Of a stretch of 64,000 bases of DNA, positions 60,089 through 64,000 are shown in pieces (position 1 is the first letter of the stretch; each line of letters begins with the position of its first letter). Source of the stretch: Ministeria vibrans ATCC 50519 (lineage: Eukaryota > Protista > Filasterea); NCBI GenBank assembly GCA_943704425.1, contig CALSCP010000733.1, forward strand, positions 65,872 through 129,871, in the 5' to 3' direction. Below the pieces are notes generated by a model, which saw only the letters and a program-made list of their open reading frames with translations, ran no database searches and had not been told where the DNA came from. Position numbers and translations under genes: made by a program.

Positions 60089-62106
60089 GAAAGAAACAAA
60101 GTGATAGAGAGAGAGAGAAAGAAAGGAGAAAGAAACAAAGTGATAGAGAGAGAGAGAGAGAAAGAAAGGAGAAAGAAACAAAGTGATAGAGAGAGAGAGA
60201 AAGAAAGGAGAAAGAAACAAAGTGATAGAGAGAGAGAGAAAAAAAGGAGAAAGAAGCAAAGTGATAGAGAGAGAGAAAGAAAGGAGAAAGAAACAAAGTG
60301 ATAGAGAGAGAGAAAGAAAGGAGAAAGAAACAAAGTGATAGAGAGAGAGAAAGAAAGGAGAAAGAAACAAAGTGATGGAGAGAGAGATAATTAAGAGAAA
60401 AGAAGAAAACTGAGTTCATTTGGGTGTGTTTAGTACTCTCTCATCTAAAGTGGTTCGGAATGAGTATACTCTTGCATTTGTCTGTGCAATGCCTAAAGGA
60501 CCAAATCTTTCAGTACGATCAACATTACAGTATTGCTCTTCATCTCTCACTCACAACTATTTTTCACATTTTACTAATTCGGCGCACCAATACTCTTCTC
60601 TTTCCCCTCAGATACGGATGCCGATTGCGGTGTTTGCATCCACCTGGCTGTTTGACACCCCTCCTGCCACTCCTCCCTTCCCCGCTCCCCCTCTGCCTTC
60701 CGACACCTCCTTCCGTCCTGAGTTCCAGAGTGATCGTGATGCTCCCACATGCAACGCCTGTCATTCTGTACGCCACACACGCACACACTCACAAAAACAC
60801 TCTTTCACTGTCTCATTCACACGCTCACATTTTCATAACTCACAAACCCACACACACATACAGTCACACGCTCACACGCTCACATTCTCTGTTTTACTTA
60901 GGGTTTCTCTTTGACCAAGCGCAGACATCACTGTCGTCACTGTCTCAAAGTAACCTCCCCTTTTTTTATCCTCAGCCTCCTTTCTCATTCTGTCTCTTCC
61001 ATTTCTCTCTCCATCACTTTATTTCTTTCTCTCTCCTCTCTCTCTCTTTATCTCTCTTTATTACTTTATTTTTTCTCCCTTCTCTCTCCTTCCCGGAAAT
61101 TTGCCGATTTTATAGATCTTCTGCAAACAATGCTCAACTCGACGAATGGTCATTCCCAATCTTGGATTCACCAGTCCCGAAAGACTATGCGAAGGTGAAA
61201 CGCAGACCGAAGCACACACACACGCCTACAGTCCTAATGCATTGTCGTGCTTTAGCGTGTATTCCCATGGCACAGACGGGCGGCAAACGCGTCGACATTG
61301 CACTAGCGAGTGCCAGCCAAAGACCATTGGGTGAGGCCATGGTCGTACTGCCCGCTCAACAGGCCACTGACAAGGTGCCGTCTCTCGTACCCTACTTCGA
61401 ACACAAATCTTAACCTTAACCTCTATTCTTCACGCGTACACCTTTTCCTTTGTTGGTTTAGATGATTGGAGTGAATGACTTTGATGTACCGTCGCGTCCT
61501 CAGTCGACCGATTCTGTTTCGGTAACACGAGCCACTCAATATTATTTTTTATCAACTCCATTCTTCTTTTCGTGCGTGTGTAGAGCACTCGACCCAAAGC
61601 CAACTCGTTTGCCTCAGTGCCACTCAGTGGTCTCTCTCTCGATGAGCCACATGCGCAACTTGCAGACTCAGGTAATAGCGACTCATTCACACACTTCAGC
61701 AAGCAGGCTCACACCAAACAATGTAACATGCGTACAGAGGATGAAGACGAGGCGTCTACAGCAGAGCCCACCACTGACGGCGGCGACACGAACACGACCA
61801 CTACCACTACCGCCGCAGCGACGAATACGCCTGCGTCCTCCAATCCCTTTGAAGACATCACTCCGGCCGAGAAGGAACGACTCCAGCGCAAGGCCAACAT
61901 GGAGCGCCGTCTCAAGGCCGAGCAAGATCGAAACCGCGCCGCTCTCCTGGTACGCACCCAGACGCCCGCTCTCACTCACTGACTCACACCCGTTTTCTTT
62001 TCTGTAGGGACCGAACAGTGTGTCGTCGAGCTCGGGAGGCAACCGCGGCTCAACCTATGTGCCGGGTCTGCTTGGGGATGATCCTGGTGATAACCCTTTT
62101 ATGTGA
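58339..62106 (+). CDS. Arrestin-fold protein (N and C domains) with FYVE finger, similar in layout to Dictyostelium AdcA; 5' start uncertain
   Basis: LYPGDRVSGVVHL...VKFKGFE, GQYEFPFNFTLPSKLPG and DKPAYSSG (arrestin); CNACHSGFSLTKRRHHCRHCLKIFCKQC...RLCEAC (FYVE); ends DNPFM*. Confidence 0.87.
60005..60387. repeat. Intronic (GA)n tract followed by about eight copies of a ~37-43-bp GA-rich minisatellite
   Basis: Unit (GA)nAAGAAAGGAGAAAGAAACAAAGTGATA is directly visible. Confidence 0.93.
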
Positions 62107-62247
62107 ATCGCTTCTCTTCCATTACAAAAACTTTTTTTTTTGTGTTCAAGTGGTGTACAGATGTGTATTGTATATTTATCATCAGTTGCAGTCGTAGAAG
62201 AGACAAAAACAAGTATGTGCAGACAAGGGGAGGTTACGTGTGGAGAA

Positions 62248-63771
62248 TCACCAAAAGGTGCCGTCAATAGACTGTGCGGGAAGGGAAATGCAGGCAGCGG
62301 GGGTGTTAAAGTCGACGAGAGTCTCGCAGGGCGACTGCTGGAGGACCGATACAACTTGGTCCGAAGTAGAGCAGTGGAAGACAATGGTGGTGGTGTGCGT
62401 GGACGCCGCCAAATTGGCACTTGTGGCGCTGCTGCTGCTGCTGCATGTATCACCATGAGTGCATGTCATCTGCTGGTTGGCAATGGACCAGTGGCATTGA
62501 CTGCCGAGCTGCGCACGTCGTTCACCGGTGCGCACGTTGAGACGGTGTGCGCTGTGGAAAGGGCACACTTCGGTGTCGCGACCGTAGCTGTAGCACTGCT
62601 TGGAGAGCGGGAAGAAAGCATTGTCATGGCCGTAGTCCACCGAGACGTTCAGTGTTGTCGAGGCGCTTTCCAGGTGCTCTTGTGCCTGTGCAATGTATAA
62701 CTCGCGCTGAGCACGACCCTGAGCACGCACATGGGCTCGCTCGTCTCGCTGCTCGCGTGCATCTTGGCACTTGGAGCCGCAGCGGTTGATGGTGCTGGCC
62801 CATTCATCGCTGCCATCGCAACAGTCACAAATGCCATCGTTCACACGCGACGTAGGAATGTACGAGTCGTCGGCCCCACAGTAGAATCTAAAATGATGAA
62901 AAGAAAAAATAATCAGTCTGTTGCTCTGCAAAATAGCAAGAGTAAAAAAAAAAAAAGACTCACCGTCCGTTTCCGCAGGCTGAGGTGCCAGGCTCATCGC
63001 TTCCATCATCACAGTCACAGAAGTTGTCGTTGATGATGTTTTCAAGCATTTCAGGACCACTGCCATCGAGGCAGCGGAATGTCGCGCCTTCGTAGAGGTG
63101 TTGGTGTGATTTGGGCACGCCTCGAATTCCACCTGAGATGGCGTTCTGATCGAGAGTCTCGTTGACCTCGCCCATGCGAGGGGCGGCTGTCATGACAGCA
63201 ATGGGTTGAGGAGATACGCTGGGGTGGCCGTGGAAGTGTGTCGAGTCGATGATGGGCAAGAGAGATGGGTTTGCACCGCTTGGAATCATGTAACACCTAA
63301 TGGAGAAAGATGAAAAGCAATTATGAGTAAAATAGAACTTGCGACTTGTTAGGGAGTCGCTCGGGCGCTGGTTGTGGTTCACAACACGCGATTTTGTGTG
63401 TGTGTGTGTGTGTGGGAGGGGGGTTTGAATTACCAAAGGAGAAGGGTGGAAATCATGCAGAGGAGAGCAGCTTGGGCAGCGCGATGGCTTGTCGAAGGTT
63501 TCTTTGCAGAGGACAGAGTGACGCCAACAAGACTGGGGCGTCGCGATGAGGCTTGCGAGTGAGACGGTGTGAAGAACTCATCGTCAGTGTCGTCTATAAG
63601 AAGTGGTGTGGCGCACAAAGGGTAAGTAGGAGTCGCTGATGGAATGAATGTTGAATGAAAGTTTGGACAGAATGTGTTTTTACCTTCACTCAGGCACATG
63701 CCGATGCTGCCGCGCCGTACGACGGGCGATGACCATGAGAGGTTGTTTGACGAGTGACTAAAGGGGGACAT
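62248..63771 (-). CDS. Glucosidase II beta (PRKCSH)-like protein with LDLa-like Cys domain and MRH-like C-terminus; probably type II anchored; start uncertain
   Basis: [27 protein letters not shown]...SRVNDGICDCCDGSDE; DYGHDNAFFPLSKQC...EVCPF...HGDTC...SPCETLVDFNTPAAC. An upstream exon ends in the hydrophobic segment AAQAALLCMISTLLL. Confidence 0.8.
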
Positions 63772-64000
63772 GATGGTAAATAAGACTGACGTGACGAGAT
63801 GAGGAATTTGTCGCGATGAAGAATTTCGCAAACTTCTGACGCGATTATTAATTTTTTTTTGGTATGTCATATTTTGACGTAATCAAAAGAATGTGAAACA
63901 CAGACTGTGACACTTTTGTGAAACACCCGTGAGGGAGCGAGCTCAGCGACGCATTGAGAAGAGTGGAAGAGGGCGACGGGGAAGTGGAAGTGGGGGGGGG

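Noticed and set aside
1-64000. Transposons, tRNA/rRNA genes or an integrated viral genome
   Set aside because: No transposase, reverse transcriptase, integrase, capsid, terminal-repeat or structured-RNA signature was recognised by eye; small ncRNAs cannot be excluded without a covariance-model search.

Overview
Eukaryotic (protist-like) nuclear DNA: compact gene spacing, GT-AG introns, microsatellite-filled introns and two N gaps. About 18 protein genes can be reconstructed by hand. The first 29.5 kb is an intron-poor block. It holds two giant, highly diverged but colinear paralogous P-loop/AAA+ proteins arranged head-to-head 282 bp apart. Gene A is on the minus strand, is at least 3414 aa, runs off the left edge and is missing from the ORF track. 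Gene B is on the plus strand and is about 4100 aa. Both appear to be built from a duplicated module with several degenerate AAA-like folds and a single intact Walker A/B site. They are followed by an Egalitarian-like wHTH/3'-5' exonuclease protein fused to a Ycf45/SpoIIIAA-type ATPase, with both active sites apparently dead. Next come two secreted DUF285/BspA-like repeat proteins (one with EGF domains). A possible glycan-synthesis cluster follows: a GT7 gene divergent from a single gene fusing GT2/GT12-like, GT7 and GT47 domains, with a signal-anchored TTL-type ligase nearby. The rest is mostly housekeeping: mL41, RNase H2A, an ARM protein, a truncated globin, KXD1, pinin, arrestin-FYVE and a PRKCSH-like gene. 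A 5'-truncated TOR abuts an orphan signal-peptide/EGF exon across a poly(A) run, probably a misjoin. All family calls come from motif recognition and manual translation, not database searches. Exon boundaries are manual predictions.
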